Source: Bacteroidales bacterium (GTDB taxonomy: Bacteria; Bacteroidota; Bacteroidia; Bacteroidales; NBLH01). Taken from it: a stretch of DNA of 64,000 bases. Positions 10,737-22,609 of this stretch are shown one piece after another (the first letter of the stretch is position 1; every line of letters begins with the position of its first letter). The notes below the pieces were generated by a model that was not told the DNA's origin, made no database searches, and saw only the letters and a list, made by a program, of their open reading frames with translations. The translations under genes were made by a program, and so were the position numbers. Location of the stretch: NCBI GenBank assembly GCA_046329965.1, contig JAXLTR010000016.1, positions 127,598-191,597 of the forward strand, written 5' to 3'.

Positions 10737-11966
10737 TTATTTTTTGGCGTTTAATTCAACTATTTTTAAAATTACTTCCACAGCTTTCTCCATGGATTGC
10801 ACAGGTATAAACTCATACTTTCCATGGTAATTATGTCCTCCGCTGAAAAGGTTTGGGGTTGGCAATCCCATAAATGACAATCTTGAGCCGTCTGTTCCTC
10901 CTCTAACCGGTTTTATGATGGGCTCAACACCTACTTCGCGCATTGCTCTTTCAGCCAAATGGATAATTTGCATTACAGGTTCAATTTTTTCTTTCATGTT
11001 GAAATACTGGTCTTTAATATCAAGGTGAACACAATCATGTCCGTATTTTAGCCTGATTAATTCCACCGACTGGTTAAAAAACTCCTTTTTTTTCTTAAAC
11101 TTTTCCAAATCATGATCTCTGATAATGTATGTTAATTCTGAGTTTTCAACGCTTCCGGCAAAATCCGTCAACATATAAAAACCTTCGTATTTTTCTGTAA
11201 ATTCCGGCCTTTCGTTCACGGGCAACAAAGATTGGAATTCTATGGCCATCAAAATAGAATTTACCATTTTATTCTTTGCTGTTCCCGGGTGCACATTCCT
11301 GCCAAAGAATTTTAGTCTTGCCTGTGCCGCATTGAAATTTTCATATTCCAGTTCTCCCAATTCTCCTCCATCTACAGTATATGCAAAATCAGCAGCAAAT
11401 TTTTCAACGTCAAATTTATCAGCTCCCCGCCCTATTTCTTCATCAGGTGTAAAACCAATTTTAATTGTGCCATGTGGCAAATGAGGGTTTTCGGTCAGAA
11501 ATTCCACAGCACACATTATTTCAGCCGCTCCGGCTTTGTTATCGGCGCCAAGCAATGTATTCCCATCTGTGCATATTAAATCATTCCCAATGTATCTGAG
11601 CAACTCGGGAAAATCAACCGGTGACAGGACGATATTTTTCTTTTTATTCAGAATTATATCCCCGCCCTGGTAGTTTTTATGCAATTGGGGCTTAACCCCT
11701 GTTCCCGTAAAATCAGGACTGGTGTCCATGTGGGCCAATAATCCAATTACCGGAACTTCAAAATCAAGGTTCGAAGGTAGGGTGGCCATTACATATCCGT
11801 TCTTATCAAGCGATACGTCATGTAATCCCATACCATTTAATTCTTTAACAAGCTCCATGGCTAAATGAAGCTGTTTTTTGGTACTCGGGCAGGTTCCTGA
11901 TTTTGGGTCAGATTGTGTGTCAATTTTTGCATATCGGATAAACCGATCAGAAATTTTGGAGCGCAT
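10737..11966 (-). CDS. pepT: Peptidase T (tripeptide aminopeptidase, M20B)
   Basis: AHMDTS, LLGADNKAG, FTPDEEIGRG, RGGTDG, HNYHGKYE. Confidence 0.96.
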   Translation of the reverse strand: MRSKISDRFIRYAKIDTQSDPKSGTCPSTKKQLHLAMELVKELNGMGLHDVSLDKNGYVMATLPSNLDFEVPVIGLLAHMDTSPDFTGTGVKPQLHKNYQGGDIILNKKKNIVLSPVDFPELLRYIGNDLICTDGNTLLGADNKAGAAEIMCAVEFLTENPHLPHGTIKIGFTPDEEIGRGADKFDVEKFAADFAYTVDGGELGELEYENFNAAQARLKFFGRNVHPGTAKNKMVNSILMAIEFQSLLPVNERPEFTEKYEGFYMLTDFAGSVENSELTYIIRDHDLEKFKKKKEFFNQSVELIRLKYGHDCVHLDIKDQYFNMKEKIEPVMQIIHLAERAMREVGVEPIIKPVRGGTDGSRLSFMGLPTPNLFSGGHNYHGKYEFIPVQSMEKAVEVILKIVELNAKK

Positions 11967-12092
11967 TTTTTCTTTTATTTGATTTTAAAAAGGAAATTTT
12001 GTTTAGTTTTGATAACAAAGTTTATCAATATAGGCTTTTAACAAATTTAATAAATATTCTGTATTACATTAAATTATAATATTTAAAAAACT

Positions 12093-14285
12093 ATGAATAA
12101 AATTCTTCTAACAGCCATTATAGGCTTGCTGTTTTACTTTCCCGTTTCAGGACAACAAAAATTCAAGGAGATTACACTTGAAGACATTACGCGAAACTAT
12201 ACTTTCTATGCTCGCGGAGTTTCTGGCTTAAGGCCAATGAAAGATGGAATTCATTATTCCACTGTTGATTACCAGAAAAACCTCATTTTAAAACATAGCT
12301 ATCAAACCGGTCAGGTGACAGATACTTTATTAAAACTGGTGGGTTTAAAACTTGTTAACTTTTCGGATTATGAATTGAGCAATGACGAGTCAAAGGTTTT
12401 ACTTGAAACGAACTCAAAAAGTATTTATCGCCGATCATTCACCGCTGATTATTTTATTTATGATCTCAAATCCAGCCAATTAATTCCTGTTTCTGAGCGA
12501 AAGGACCAACAATTGGCCACATTTTCACCCGATGGGACTAAAGTTGCCTTTGTATGTGAAGACAATATTTATATAAAAGATATAAACTCTGGAAAGGAAA
12601 TAACTGTGACAACGGACGGACTCAAAAATAGTATAATTAATGGAGCCCCCGACTGGGTTTATGAAGAAGAATTTGAATTCAACAAAGCTTTCGACTGGAG
12701 TCCGGATAGTAAGAAACTGGCTTTTATACGGTTTGATGAGTCGAAGGTAAAAACTTTTGATATGACCGTATACTCCGGAATGGCTCCAAAGATTGAACAG
12801 AATAAGCTTTATCCCGAAAACAGGCAGTGGAAATACCCAAAAGCAGGTGAAGATAATTCCGTTGTTTCAGTCCTTATTTATAATTTATCCAATAACCAAA
12901 CTGTTAAGGCTGATGTTGGAAAAGAAACCGATATTTATATCCCCAGAATTAAATGGACAAAGGATCCTGGAAAATTAAGCATTTTAAAACTTAACCGCTT
13001 GCAAAACAAACTTGAAATTTTGCTGGCTGAGGCTGATAAAGGTTCAACATCTGCAATTTATACCGAAGAAAATAAGTATTACATAGATGAAACTCTATTT
13101 GACGACATTAACTTCCTGAACGATGGAAAACAATTTGTAATGACCAGTGAAAAAGATGGTTACAAACATATTTATATTTGTAGTTTAGATGGAAAATCGC
13201 AAAAACTAGTAACAAAAGGGAACTGGGATGTTGCTGATTTTATTGGATATGATGAAACTAACAAGTTGTTTTACTATACTTCATTTGAAACTTCGCCGGT
13301 GACTAAAGATCTTTATGTTGTTGACCTGGCCGGAAAACAGAAAAAAAAGCTAACCACTACCGAAGGCGTGAACAATTGCAGCTTTAGTGCCAATTATAAG
13401 TATTTCATCAATACAGTTTCAAATATTAATTTACCAACTTATGTTACCCTCCACGATTCGAAAGGCAATCTGATTAGAGTTTTAAAAGACAATAAAGCGC
13501 TGGCTGATAAAGTAAAAGAATATGGCGGCATTAATAAAACGTTTTTCACATTTAAAACCACTGAAGATACATTGCTTTATGGTATTATGACAAAACCTGC
13601 TGATTTTGACCCGAATAAAAAGTATCCTGTGCTGTTATACCAATATTCCGGACCCAATTCACAACAGGTTGTTAACCGGTGGTCGTTTGGTTGGAGCGAG
13701 CTACTCGCCCAAAAAGGCTATATAATAGTTACTGTTGATGGACGTGGTACAGGTGCCCGTGGCGAGAATTTCAGGAAAATGACTTATCTGCAACTTGGAA
13801 AATACGAAACCATCGACCAGATTGAAACAGCTAAATACCTGGCTACCTTGCCATATGTTGATAAAGACAGAATTGGAATCTGGGGCTGGAGCTTTGGTGG
13901 GTTCGAAACTTTATTGGCAATGACAAAAGGGGCTGATTATTTTAAGGCTGGAATTGCAGTTGCCCCTGTTACCAACTGGAGGTATTATGATAATATTTAC
14001 ACAGAGCGGTTTATGCGTAAACCGCAAGATAATCCTTCCGGATACGACGACAATTCACCGATTAACCATGCCGCAAAACTCAAAGGAAAACTTTTACTTG
14101 TACATGGAACTGCTGATGACAATGTGCATGTTCAGAATTCTATGGAAATGAGCGAAGCCCTGGTACAGGCAAACAAACAATTCCAGGTATTCTATTATAC
14201 CAACAGAAACCACGGAATCTATGGTGGCAATACGAGTTTACACCTTTATACCATGCTTACTGATTTTATCCTTAAAAATCTTTAA
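12093..14285 (+). CDS. Dipeptidyl-peptidase IV (S9B family)
   Basis: DWVYEEE propeller motif; catalytic GWSFGG, HGTADDNVH, NHGI. Confidence 0.95.
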   Translation: MNKILLTAIIGLLFYFPVSGQQKFKEITLEDITRNYTFYARGVSGLRPMKDGIHYSTVDYQKNLILKHSYQTGQVTDTLLKLVGLKLVNFSDYELSNDESKVLLETNSKSIYRRSFTADYFIYDLKSSQLIPVSERKDQQLATFSPDGTKVAFVCEDNIYIKDINSGKEITVTTDGLKNSIINGAPDWVYEEEFEFNKAFDWSPDSKKLAFIRFDESKVKTFDMTVYSGMAPKIEQNKLYPENRQWKYPKAGEDNSVVSVLIYNLSNNQTVKADVGKETDIYIPRIKWTKDPGKLSILKLNRLQNKLEILLAEADKGSTSAIYTEENKYYIDETLFDDINFLNDGKQFVMTSEKDGYKHIYICSLDGKSQKLVTKGNWDVADFIGYDETNKLFYYTSFETSPVTKDLYVVDLAGKQKKKLTTTEGVNNCSFSANYKYFINTVSNINLPTYVTLHDSKGNLIRVLKDNKALADKVKEYGGINKTFFTFKTTEDTLLYGIMTKPADFDPNKKYPVLLYQYSGPNSQQVVNRWSFGWSELLAQKGYIIVTVDGRGTGARGENFRKMTYLQLGKYETIDQIETAKYLATLPYVDKDRIGIWGWSFGGFETLLAMTKGADYFKAGIAVAPVTNWRYYDNIYTERFMRKPQDNPSGYDDNSPINHAAKLKGKLLLVHGTADDNVHVQNSMEMSEALVQANKQFQVFYYTNRNHGIYGGNTSLHLYTMLTDFILKNL

Positions 14286-14306
14286 ATTTGATATGGTGAA
14301 AAAGAA

Positions 14307-14330
14307 GGGCCGCTTAATCGCGGCTTTTTG
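14307..14330 (+). terminator. Intrinsic terminator after DPP-IV gene
   Basis: ggccgc-ttaatc-gcggct followed by T-tract. Confidence 0.65.
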
Positions 14331-14686
14331 CTTATAAAATCCTGGTATTTAGTCTCCTAATCCGGATATAAAATCAATAAAAATACATTTTTGTTGTTTT
14401 ACAATTTCCGGTTAATTGTTTATGAATATCAATGCCATTTAGTTAAGAAATTTTTGGTGGAAACTTGGTGTTTTAGTGTTTTGGTGGCAAAAAATAGGGC
14501 CGCATAATCCCCAATACACCAGGCTACATTAATTATTAATTGAAATAAACTGTTTTACTAACTAAACGACATTGCTATGAATATAGTTAATTTTAAGTTT
14601 TACATTAAATCAGAATTATCGGGTTTGATAAATACCTCTATTCTTAATTTTGTTTAAATTCCTTGCCGGTTTTGACAAAAATGATT

Positions 14687-14694
14687 TACTTTTG
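14687..14694 (+). promoter_or_regulatory. Bacteroidota -7 promoter element for secA
   Basis: TACTTTTG matches TAnnTTTG, 39 nt before ATG. Confidence 0.6.
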
Positions 14695-14733
14695 CGAGGC
14701 ATTTTTATAAAATTCAATTAAAACTATAAAATT

Positions 14734-17700
14734 ATGGGAATCACCGACTTTCTAAACAAAATGTTCGGAAAAAAGTCAGATCGCGATATCAAGGAAATTT
14801 GGCCTATTGTTGAAAAGATTAAAGAAGAATCCAATTATATTTCCACCTTATCTAATGACGATTTAAGAAAAAAAAGCAATGAGTTAAAAACTGAGATAAG
14901 GGAGTTTATTAAACCCGAGGAAGAAAAAATTGAACAGTTAAAAAGTTTGGCAGAGTCGGATGAAGAGGTTAAAGACAGGGAATCGTTGTACGAAGAAATT
15001 GATAAATTAGAGAAAAAAGTACTCGAAAAAACAGAATCAAAACTAAATGAAATTCTGCCTGTTGCATTTGCCATTGTGAAGGAAACAGCTAAAAGATTTA
15101 ATGAAAATGACAGCCTCGAAGTAGAAGCAACCGAATTTGACCGAAAAATTGCTTCTATGAAGAGTAATGTAACCATTTCGGGCGAAAAGGCTTACCATAG
15201 TAGCCGGTGGCTTGCCGGTGGCAACGAGCAGAAATGGGAAATGGTTCATTACGATGTTCAGCTCATGGGTGGTGTTGTTCTTCACCAGGGCAAAATTTCG
15301 GAAATGGCTACCGGTGAAGGAAAAACCCTTGTTGCCACATTACCGGTTTTTTTAAATGCGCTTGCCGGAAGGGGTGTTCATGTTGTTACTGTTAATGATT
15401 ACCTTGCCAAACGTGATGCAGAGTGGATGGGACCTATTTACGAGTTTCATGGTCTGTCAGTTGATTGTATTGATAAACACCAGCCAAATTCTGCAGAAAG
15501 AAGACAGGCCTATCTTGCTGATATTACTTTCGGTACCAACAATGAATTCGGGTTCGATTATCTAAGGGACAATATGGCCATTTCTCCTGAAGATTTGGTG
15601 CAGCGAAAACATCATTATGCCATTGTTGACGAGGTAGATTCAGTGCTGGTTGACGATGCACGTACACCTCTTATCATTTCAGGCCCCGTTCCAAAAGGCG
15701 ACCAACAATTGTTTGGTGAATTAAAACCTTATGTTGTTACCCTTGTAAACGCTCAGCGAAAGCTGGTTACACAGCTTTTAAGCGATGCCAAAAAACTTAT
15801 TTCTGAAGGAGACACCGTTCAGGGTGGAATATTGTTGCTGAGGGCATTTAAAGGATTGCCAAAAAACAAAGCACTGATTAAATTTTTAAGCGAACAGGGG
15901 ATGAAAACCCTTCTGCTAAAAACTGAAAACGTTTACCTGGCCGAAAATTCAAAACGAATGCCTGAGATTACCAATGAATTGTACTTTGTTATTGAAGAAA
16001 AGCTCAATTCTGTGGATATGACCGAAAAAGGCATTGATCTGATTTCCGGTGATGTTTCTGATTCCAGGTTTTTCATACTTCCGGATATAGGTTCTGAACT
16101 TGCTGAAATTGATAGGAATAGCCAGCTTAAAGATGTTGAAAAACTGGAACTTAAAGATAAATTACTCGCTGATTATTCTATTAAATCCGAAAGGGTTCAT
16201 ACTATACACCAGTTGCTAAAAGCATATGCCATGTTTGAACTTGATGTGGAATATGTTGTTATTGACAATAAAGTAAAAATTGTAGATGAGCAAACTGGTC
16301 GTATCATGGAAGGCAGGCGCTATTCCGATGGTTTGCATCAGGCAATTGAAGCCAAGGAAAATGTTAAAGTAGAAGCGGCTACCCAAACATTTGCTACTAT
16401 TACGCTTCAGAATTATTTCAGGATGTACCACAAACTGGCCGGTATGACAGGTACTGCTGAAACAGAAGCTGGTGAATTCTGGAATATTTATAAGCTAGAT
16501 GTAGTTGTTGTCCCCACCAACAAACCTGTGGTCAGAGATGATCGCAACGACCTGGTTTACAAAACCAAACGCGAAAAATATAATGCAGTTATTGATGAAA
16601 TAGAAAACCTGATAAAAAAAGACAGGCCAGTTCTTGTAGGTACCACATCTGTTGAAATTTCTGAATTGCTCAGCCGGATTCTAAAGCAAAAGGGAATTAA
16701 GCATAATGTGCTGAATGCGAAACTACATCAGCGCGAGGCTGATATTGTAGCAGAAGCAGGTAAGGAACGCACAGTTACAATAGCCACGAATATGGCTGGT
16801 CGTGGTACAGATATCAAATTAACAAATCATGTGCGAAACCAGGGAGGATTGGCTATACTTGGAACCGAACGCCACGATTCACGTAGGGTCGACAGGCAAT
16901 TGCGAGGACGTTCCGGCCGTCAGGGAGATCCAGGATCATCTCAATTTTTTGTATCGCTCGAAGATGATTTGATGCGTATGTTTGGTTCCGATCGAATTGC
17001 CAGGCTTATGGACAGAATGGGATTGGACGACGGGGAAGTTATCCAGCATTCCATGATTTCAAAATCCATTGAGCGTGCCCAGAAAAAAGTAGAAGAAAAT
17101 AATTTTGGAATCAGAAAAAGACTGCTTGAATATGACGATGTAATGAATTCGCAGCGTGAAGTTATTTACAGGCAGCGCAGGCATGCTTTGTTTGGCGAAA
17201 GGTTAAAAGTAGATATTGCCAATATGATGTTCGATGTTTGCGATAGTGTTGTAAACCAGCATCATGGATCTACCGAATTTGAAGATTTCAAAATTGAACT
17301 TATCAGGTTACTTTCTGTTGAATCACCCATTTCCGAAGCTGAATACCTTAAAATGCCCGCCCAGGAAATTGTGGAGGTTATATACGATAAAGTAATTAAA
17401 ACGTACCAGCACAAAATTAAAATTATTGCTGACAGGGCTTTCCCCGTTATCAAAGAGGTATATGAAAAGCAAGGCCATCAGTACGAAAATATCCTGGTTC
17501 CAATAACTGACGGAACAAGGATTTACCAGGTGCTCGTTAATCTTAAAAGAGCATACGAAACTGGCGGACGCGAAGTTGTTAAAGCTTTCGAAAAAACCAG
17601 TATTCTGGCTACAATCGATGAATCGTGGAAAGAACATTTACGCGAAATGGACGATTTAAAACAATCGGTTCAAAATGCATCCTACGAACAAAAAGACCCT

Positions 17701-18015
17701 CTTTTAATTTATAAGTTTGAGTCGTATGAATTGTTTAAAACCATGATTGACAAAAACAACAGGAGCGTAGTTTCAACACTGGCCAAAGCCCAGATAGCCT
17801 TACAGGATCCATCAACTGTTAGACAGGCACAGGCACCACGAAAACTGGATATGAGCAAATACAAAACTGAAAAATCTGATTCGAGCGGCTACGATGGACA
17901 AGATGGGAAAAAAGAACAAAAACTTGAACCTGTGAGGGTTGAAAAAAAGATAGGCAGAAATGAGCCTTGTCCTTGTGGAAGTGGAAAAAAGTACAAACAA
18001 TGTCATGGAAAATAA
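14734..18015 (+). CDS. secA: Preprotein translocase subunit SecA
   Basis: [36 protein letters not shown]; C-terminal [13 protein letters not shown]. Confidence 0.99.
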   Translation: MGITDFLNKMFGKKSDRDIKEIWPIVEKIKEESNYISTLSNDDLRKKSNELKTEIREFIKPEEEKIEQLKSLAESDEEVKDRESLYEEIDKLEKKVLEKTESKLNEILPVAFAIVKETAKRFNENDSLEVEATEFDRKIASMKSNVTISGEKAYHSSRWLAGGNEQKWEMVHYDVQLMGGVVLHQGKISEMATGEGKTLVATLPVFLNALAGRGVHVVTVNDYLAKRDAEWMGPIYEFHGLSVDCIDKHQPNSAERRQAYLADITFGTNNEFGFDYLRDNMAISPEDLVQRKHHYAIVDEVDSVLVDDARTPLIISGPVPKGDQQLFGELKPYVVTLVNAQRKLVTQLLSDAKKLISEGDTVQGGILLLRAFKGLPKNKALIKFLSEQGMKTLLLKTENVYLAENSKRMPEITNELYFVIEEKLNSVDMTEKGIDLISGDVSDSRFFILPDIGSELAEIDRNSQLKDVEKLELKDKLLADYSIKSERVHTIHQLLKAYAMFELDVEYVVIDNKVKIVDEQTGRIMEGRRYSDGLHQAIEAKENVKVEAATQTFATITLQNYFRMYHKLAGMTGTAETEAGEFWNIYKLDVVVVPTNKPVVRDDRNDLVYKTKREKYNAVIDEIENLIKKDRPVLVGTTSVEISELLSRILKQKGIKHNVLNAKLHQREADIVAEAGKERTVTIATNMAGRGTDIKLTNHVRNQGGLAILGTERHDSRRVDRQLRGRSGRQGDPGSSQFFVSLEDDLMRMFGSDRIARLMDRMGLDDGEVIQHSMISKSIERAQKKVEENNFGIRKRLLEYDDVMNSQREVIYRQRRHALFGERLKVDIANMMFDVCDSVVNQHHGSTEFEDFKIELIRLLSVESPISEAEYLKMPAQEIVEVIYDKVIKTYQHKIKIIADRAFPVIKEVYEKQGHQYENILVPITDGTRIYQVLVNLKRAYETGGREVVKAFEKTSILATIDESWKEHLREMDDLKQSVQNASYEQKDPLLIYKFESYELFKTMIDKNNRSVVSTLAKAQIALQDPSTVRQAQAPRKLDMSKYKTEKSDSSGYDGQDGKKEQKLEPVRVEKKIGRNEPCPCGSGKKYKQCHGK

Positions 18016-18047
18016 AAAAAAAGGGTTTAAACCCTTTTTTTTATTTT
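18009..18047. terminator. Bidirectional terminator between convergent secA and dapA
   Basis: Near-perfect palindrome aaaataaaaaaaaagggtttaaacccttttttttatttt. Confidence 0.75.
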
Positions 18048-18931
18048 AAATCTTCTATTTGTTTGGTTAAGCGCACTAAAGTATTTTTTGTGACCGGTAC
18101 TAACGGTAGACGAAGATAATCCTGCGTAATTCCAAAAATTTTAAGCGCAGCTTTTACGCCGGCCGGATTTCCATCTACAAATAGGGTATTCATTATTTCA
18201 AGCAGTTTTTGCTGAATCACCCAAGCTTCCTTAAATTTACCCTTCAAAGCCAGGTGCACCAATTCTGAAAATTCTTTGGGGAAAGCATTGGCAACAACTG
18301 ATATTACTCCTTCAACACCAACTGAAATCAGTGGAAGGGTTATCATATCATCGCCCGAAATTACTTTGAAATCGGATGGCTTATTTTTAACAATGGTCAT
18401 AATTTGTTCGAAATTTCCAGACGCCTCTTTTACAGCGATGATGTTTTTAAAATCATTGGCAATCTGAATTACAGTTTCTGCTGTCATGTTAACACCAGTC
18501 CTTCCCGGAACATTGTATAAAATTACCGGAACCGGAGCAGTTTTCGAAATAGCCTGGTAATGTTCGTATAAGCCCCGCTGACTGGGTTTGTTATAATAGG
18601 GAGTCACAGAAAGTATCCCATCAATACCGGTAAAATCGTAATTTTTAATGGAATTTACAATTTCGTGGGTGTTATTTCCACCAAATCCGGCAACTACCGG
18701 AACTTTTTTATCGGTATATTCAATTACAAAATTAAGAACAGCTTGTTTTTCTTCCTTGTTAAGCGTTACTGACTCACCTGTAGTTCCCAGTGCAACTATG
18801 TAATCCACACCGTTGTCTATTGTATGTTTTAAGAGTTTCTCGAGCGATAAAAAGTCAATACTCATATCTTTCCTGAATGGCGTAACAATGGCCACTCCTA
18901 CTCCAGTAATCCTATTTTGTAATTTATGCAT
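18041..18931 (-). CDS. dapA: 4-hydroxy-tetrahydrodipicolinate synthase
   Basis: GTTGES, PYYNKP, LYNVPGRTG, AVKEASG, SGDD. Confidence 0.97.
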   Translation of the reverse strand: MHKLQNRITGVGVAIVTPFRKDMSIDFLSLEKLLKHTIDNGVDYIVALGTTGESVTLNKEEKQAVLNFVIEYTDKKVPVVAGFGGNNTHEIVNSIKNYDFTGIDGILSVTPYYNKPSQRGLYEHYQAISKTAPVPVILYNVPGRTGVNMTAETVIQIANDFKNIIAVKEASGNFEQIMTIVKNKPSDFKVISGDDMITLPLISVGVEGVISVVANAFPKEFSELVHLALKGKFKEAWVIQQKLLEIMNTLFVDGNPAGVKAALKIFGITQDYLRLPLVPVTKNTLVRLTKQIEDLK

Positions 18932-19036
18932 GAATTATTTATTTAGATTCACCCTATTTCTAAAAGCTGTAAAATATAAATCGTATCTGTTAATTTCATT
19001 TCCGGAGCTGAATGCTGATAATACCGCTTAAGCCAA

Positions 19037-19585
19037 TTATTGTTTAATCTGCATAACACCAAGATAATGTTTGACCATGTTGATGTAGTTACCCAGCTTT
19101 TCTTTATTACTTACCTGGAGCACAAAATCGGCATATTCAGATTTTATTGAATCGTTGGTAATTTTAAATTTTGCAATGGACAAAGCAAATAAGTAATGTA
19201 TTGAAAATGAATCTGTAAGGGTTAAATCGAAAAGAATATCAAAATTCCTTTTAAGAAAATCATTTATCACAGGATTACTTGGTTTGCCATACCAGTTAAC
19301 TTCATTGGCACCAAAATAGTCAATGCCTTGTTTGTAAGGAAAATATGCTATCTGGTCATTTTTTGATGCAATACCAATTCCAAAAACCCGGGTATTGTTC
19401 TTTTCGATAAATTCAATGAATTCACGCGCCAATTGGTATTTTTCACGATCAACGGCATCAAAAATAACGCCTGCTGTTGAAGCTGTAGTGAAATTGTTGA
19501 TTGTAACAGCCCTTTTATGCATCTTCAATTCCTTCTTCAGGTTTAAGATGGCAGCCTTTTCCTTTATTTTATCTACTATTTTCAC
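19037..19585 (-). CDS. Conserved Bacteroidota hypothetical protein (DUF6913-like)
   Basis: 182 aa; NWYGKP and FDILFDLT motifs; position upstream of dapA as recalled for Bacteroidota. Confidence 0.6.
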   Translation of the reverse strand: MKIVDKIKEKAAILNLKKELKMHKRAVTINNFTTASTAGVIFDAVDREKYQLAREFIEFIEKNNTRVFGIGIASKNDQIAYFPYKQGIDYFGANEVNWYGKPSNPVINDFLKRNFDILFDLTLTDSFSIHYLFALSIAKFKITNDSIKSEYADFVLQVSNKEKLGNYINMVKHYLGVMQIKQ

Positions 19586-19738
19586 ATTGCAATATTACAA
19601 AAAAAAAGCTACTAAACAGCAAATCTATAATCAACCACCATTAAAACGCCTAATTTTTAACCAGAATAAAAAAATACATAATCTGCTTACCGGATTAATC
19701 CTTGCATTTCACATGCTATATTGTTAATATCCTGTTAA

Positions 19739-20479
19739 TTAATGGAAAAGCACCCATTCGATGGATTGTTTTAAGAGTTTTATATAGTTTGGATTTTTAA
19801 ATGTTGGAACACCGTGTCCGGACTGCAGGGTAACTACTTTTGATTTTCCGTATTTCCATTCCCAGCCAATGACCTTGTTGCTTGATGGTTCATCGGTGCC
19901 AAGCAGGGGAATTACCTTTTCATTCATATAAAATCCTTTATAGGTCTCGTCAAAAATTTGAAAATCTGTAATTCCTTTGGTCACCGGGTGTTCGCTATTT
20001 AAAATTTTAACATTGAATTCTAAATCATGGATATAAGAACAGGCTGGATATTCTGTACCATTTACTACAGTGGGTTTGTGAAAGTATTTTCCACCAATTA
20101 TATTAATGTATTCAGGCCAGTTGTCGAATGCACAAATGCTGTGATGTAACGCCACCAGGGGCTTTCCTTCTTTGATACATTCTGAAAGGTTCTTTTCCTG
20201 CACTTCAGTTATCTCCTGCCACATATGATAAAAAACTATGACATCGTATTTGTTCCTGTTCTTTGGCAAAAAGTAATCGAAAGCTTCCGGAAAATCTGCA
20301 TAGATGAAATTGAAATTATTTCCTAAAGATTCAAACATCTCCCTGAATTGCTGAATTTCGTAATCGTGACCACCTGTTATAACCAAAACTCTGGTAGTTT
20401 TGTAATTTTCAGTAGCTGAAAATAAGGTCACTAAACAATTCAGAAGAAAAAAAGTTACGAATAAATATCTTTTAATCAT
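19739..20479 (-). CDS. ThuA-like domain protein, exported
   Basis: Signal peptide; VLVITGGHDY, GKPLVALHHS, HPVTKG, FDETY, YGKSKVVTLQSGH. Confidence 0.85.
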   Translation of the reverse strand: MIKRYLFVTFFLLNCLVTLFSATENYKTTRVLVITGGHDYEIQQFREMFESLGNNFNFIYADFPEAFDYFLPKNRNKYDVIVFYHMWQEITEVQEKNLSECIKEGKPLVALHHSICAFDNWPEYINIIGGKYFHKPTVVNGTEYPACSYIHDLEFNVKILNSEHPVTKGITDFQIFDETYKGFYMNEKVIPLLGTDEPSSNKVIGWEWKYGKSKVVTLQSGHGVPTFKNPNYIKLLKQSIEWVLFH

Positions 20480-20500
20480 ATCATATTAATAATTAAAACA

Positions 20501-22411
20501 TTACATTTTTGAGGATTTTTTTAACCTGAAATATTCGATAAGATTTTTAAGATGTTCAGCCTGTGAAGCCATTTCTTCGGAATTTGCGGATAATTCTTCC
20601 GAAATTGAAGCATTTTGCTGGGTAACATCATTCAGTTGCTGCATAGAATGACTAACCTGAGAAGCCCCATCACTTTGTTCTTTACTCGCTATTTTAATTC
20701 CTTCAATTAATTCAGTGGTCTTTTGAATTTGTGGAATGATTTCGCTAAGCAGCCTTGTTGAATCTTCAGTTACCTTAACACTACTGGTTGATATATGGTT
20801 TATCTCATCGGAAGCAATTTTACTTCTTTCAGCCAGTTTTCTTACTTCTGAGGCAACTACAGCAAAACCTTTTCCGTTTACACCAGCGCGGGCAGCTTCT
20901 ACAGCTGCATTCAGAGCCAGTAAATTTGTCTGAAAAGCAATATCGTTTATAATTTCAACCTTTTTTGCAATATTCTTTATGGCATTCATACTATTTTGCG
21001 AGGAATTCATCACTTTTGAGGCATTGGATGAAACAAGGAATGCAATCTTATCGGTTTCAACAGCATTTGTTGTGTTTTGCTCAATATTGGCCATCATTTC
21101 TTCCATAGTAGCCGAAACTTCTTCTGTAGATGAAGCCATCTGGCTGGTTCCTGACGAAAGTTTCTGTGATGTTGCATTTATCTCCAGGCTGGCACCGGCT
21201 ATTATTCCTATTGCTTCGCGTAGCTCTCCAATTACTGATTGAAGTTTTTCATTCATTTTGTTTAATGAATGCATTAAAATACCAATTTCATCTTCTCTGT
21301 CAACTTCAATAATATTTCCAAGATTTCCATCCGCAATTTCCTTTGCTAAAACTACAGATTTATTAATCGGGTTTATAAAATTAACAGCCTGAAAGTAGAT
21401 TAAAAAGCTCAGGATAAGGAGACCGATAATTCCCATGACAATAGCTTTATAAAATAATGCGTTGGCTTCACCAAGCGCCTCGTTTTTAGGTACTACAATG
21501 CAAAGCGACCAGGGTGTTGTTGATTTTCCAATTGAAATTGGTGTAACTGAAATCATCATTTCCATTCCAAATTGGCCGGAATAAGTAATGGCGCTGAAAG
21601 GCTCGCCATTTTTAATTTTTAACAATAATTCTTCATTTGCAAAATCAAAATTCTCAATAAATTTCTTTTCCAGTAGTTTTTCTTCCTTGTAGGCAGAGAT
21701 TAGTCCCTGGTTCGAAACCAAAATTCCAAAACCTGAATTGAAAAGTGTGATTTTTGAAATTAACTTTGAAAGTTCTTTCAAATCAATGTCAATTCCAATA
21801 ACTCCAAGTGTCTTACCATTTTCAACAATAGGAATTACTGCACTTGTTTCAAAAAACAAATTCGTGGTATCATCGGTATATGCGTAAAAAAATGGCTCGA
21901 GTATGGTTTCTTGCTGGCTTTTGGCCGGTTCGGTGTAAAAAGTTTCGGAGTATTGCGATACACTGTTTTGTTCTTCAAGTATTTGACCCTTGTCTTTATA
22001 ACCTGTATAATTAAATCTTCCTTCTTCATCATATGGTAACTGTCCTTTATAAGCGATATCATTTCCATCTAATGCATCAGGCTCCCACATCGTCCATACA
22101 GCCAAAAAATCAGAATTGTTTACAAGTGAATTCCTCATTATATCAATATAATACATCCTATTTGAATTACCATTTTTTTTCAAAGCCTGAAAACTATAAG
22201 ATAACATTCGAGCCGACTCAATTGGCCTTTCAAGGTATAACTTTACCTGGTTCGACGTTTCAAGTGCTTTTCCAACAGCGATTTCCTTTGCTACCTTTAC
22301 GGCATTTTTCCGGTTTGAGATTGTAATAACCATTATGGTGGCAACATAGATGAGGATGGCAACACCAAGAATATTTATCAACATTTTGGTTTTCAGACTT
22401 TTAGTTTTCAT
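20501..22411 (-). CDS. Methyl-accepting chemotaxis protein with periplasmic Cache domain
   Basis: Two TM helices flanking Cache-like sensor; HAMP ([13 protein letters not shown]); hairpin [40 protein letters not shown]. Confidence 0.95.
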   Translation of the reverse strand: MKTKSLKTKMLINILGVAILIYVATIMVITISNRKNAVKVAKEIAVGKALETSNQVKLYLERPIESARMLSYSFQALKKNGNSNRMYYIDIMRNSLVNNSDFLAVWTMWEPDALDGNDIAYKGQLPYDEEGRFNYTGYKDKGQILEEQNSVSQYSETFYTEPAKSQQETILEPFFYAYTDDTTNLFFETSAVIPIVENGKTLGVIGIDIDLKELSKLISKITLFNSGFGILVSNQGLISAYKEEKLLEKKFIENFDFANEELLLKIKNGEPFSAITYSGQFGMEMMISVTPISIGKSTTPWSLCIVVPKNEALGEANALFYKAIVMGIIGLLILSFLIYFQAVNFINPINKSVVLAKEIADGNLGNIIEVDREDEIGILMHSLNKMNEKLQSVIGELREAIGIIAGASLEINATSQKLSSGTSQMASSTEEVSATMEEMMANIEQNTTNAVETDKIAFLVSSNASKVMNSSQNSMNAIKNIAKKVEIINDIAFQTNLLALNAAVEAARAGVNGKGFAVVASEVRKLAERSKIASDEINHISTSSVKVTEDSTRLLSEIIPQIQKTTELIEGIKIASKEQSDGASQVSHSMQQLNDVTQQNASISEELSANSEEMASQAEHLKNLIEYFRLKKSSKM

Positions 22412-22609
22412 ATTTTTTTATTTCTGATAAAACTGATTATGAATGAAAGTTTTATAATCTCCTGCAAAGTTTATAGTTCTATAGAAAACAAGTTAAAATT
22501 AACAAAATTTTCATTATTTTATTGTCATATCCTGTTTGGTTTCTTTTTTTTAAATAGTTAATGTTGGTTCAAAGGAATTTAATTTATTTTTAGGCTTTTA
22601 AAATTTTAA

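Noticed and set aside
14734-18015. Unusually long SecA (1093 aa)
   Set aside because: This length is typical for Bacteroidota SecA; no intein motifs seen
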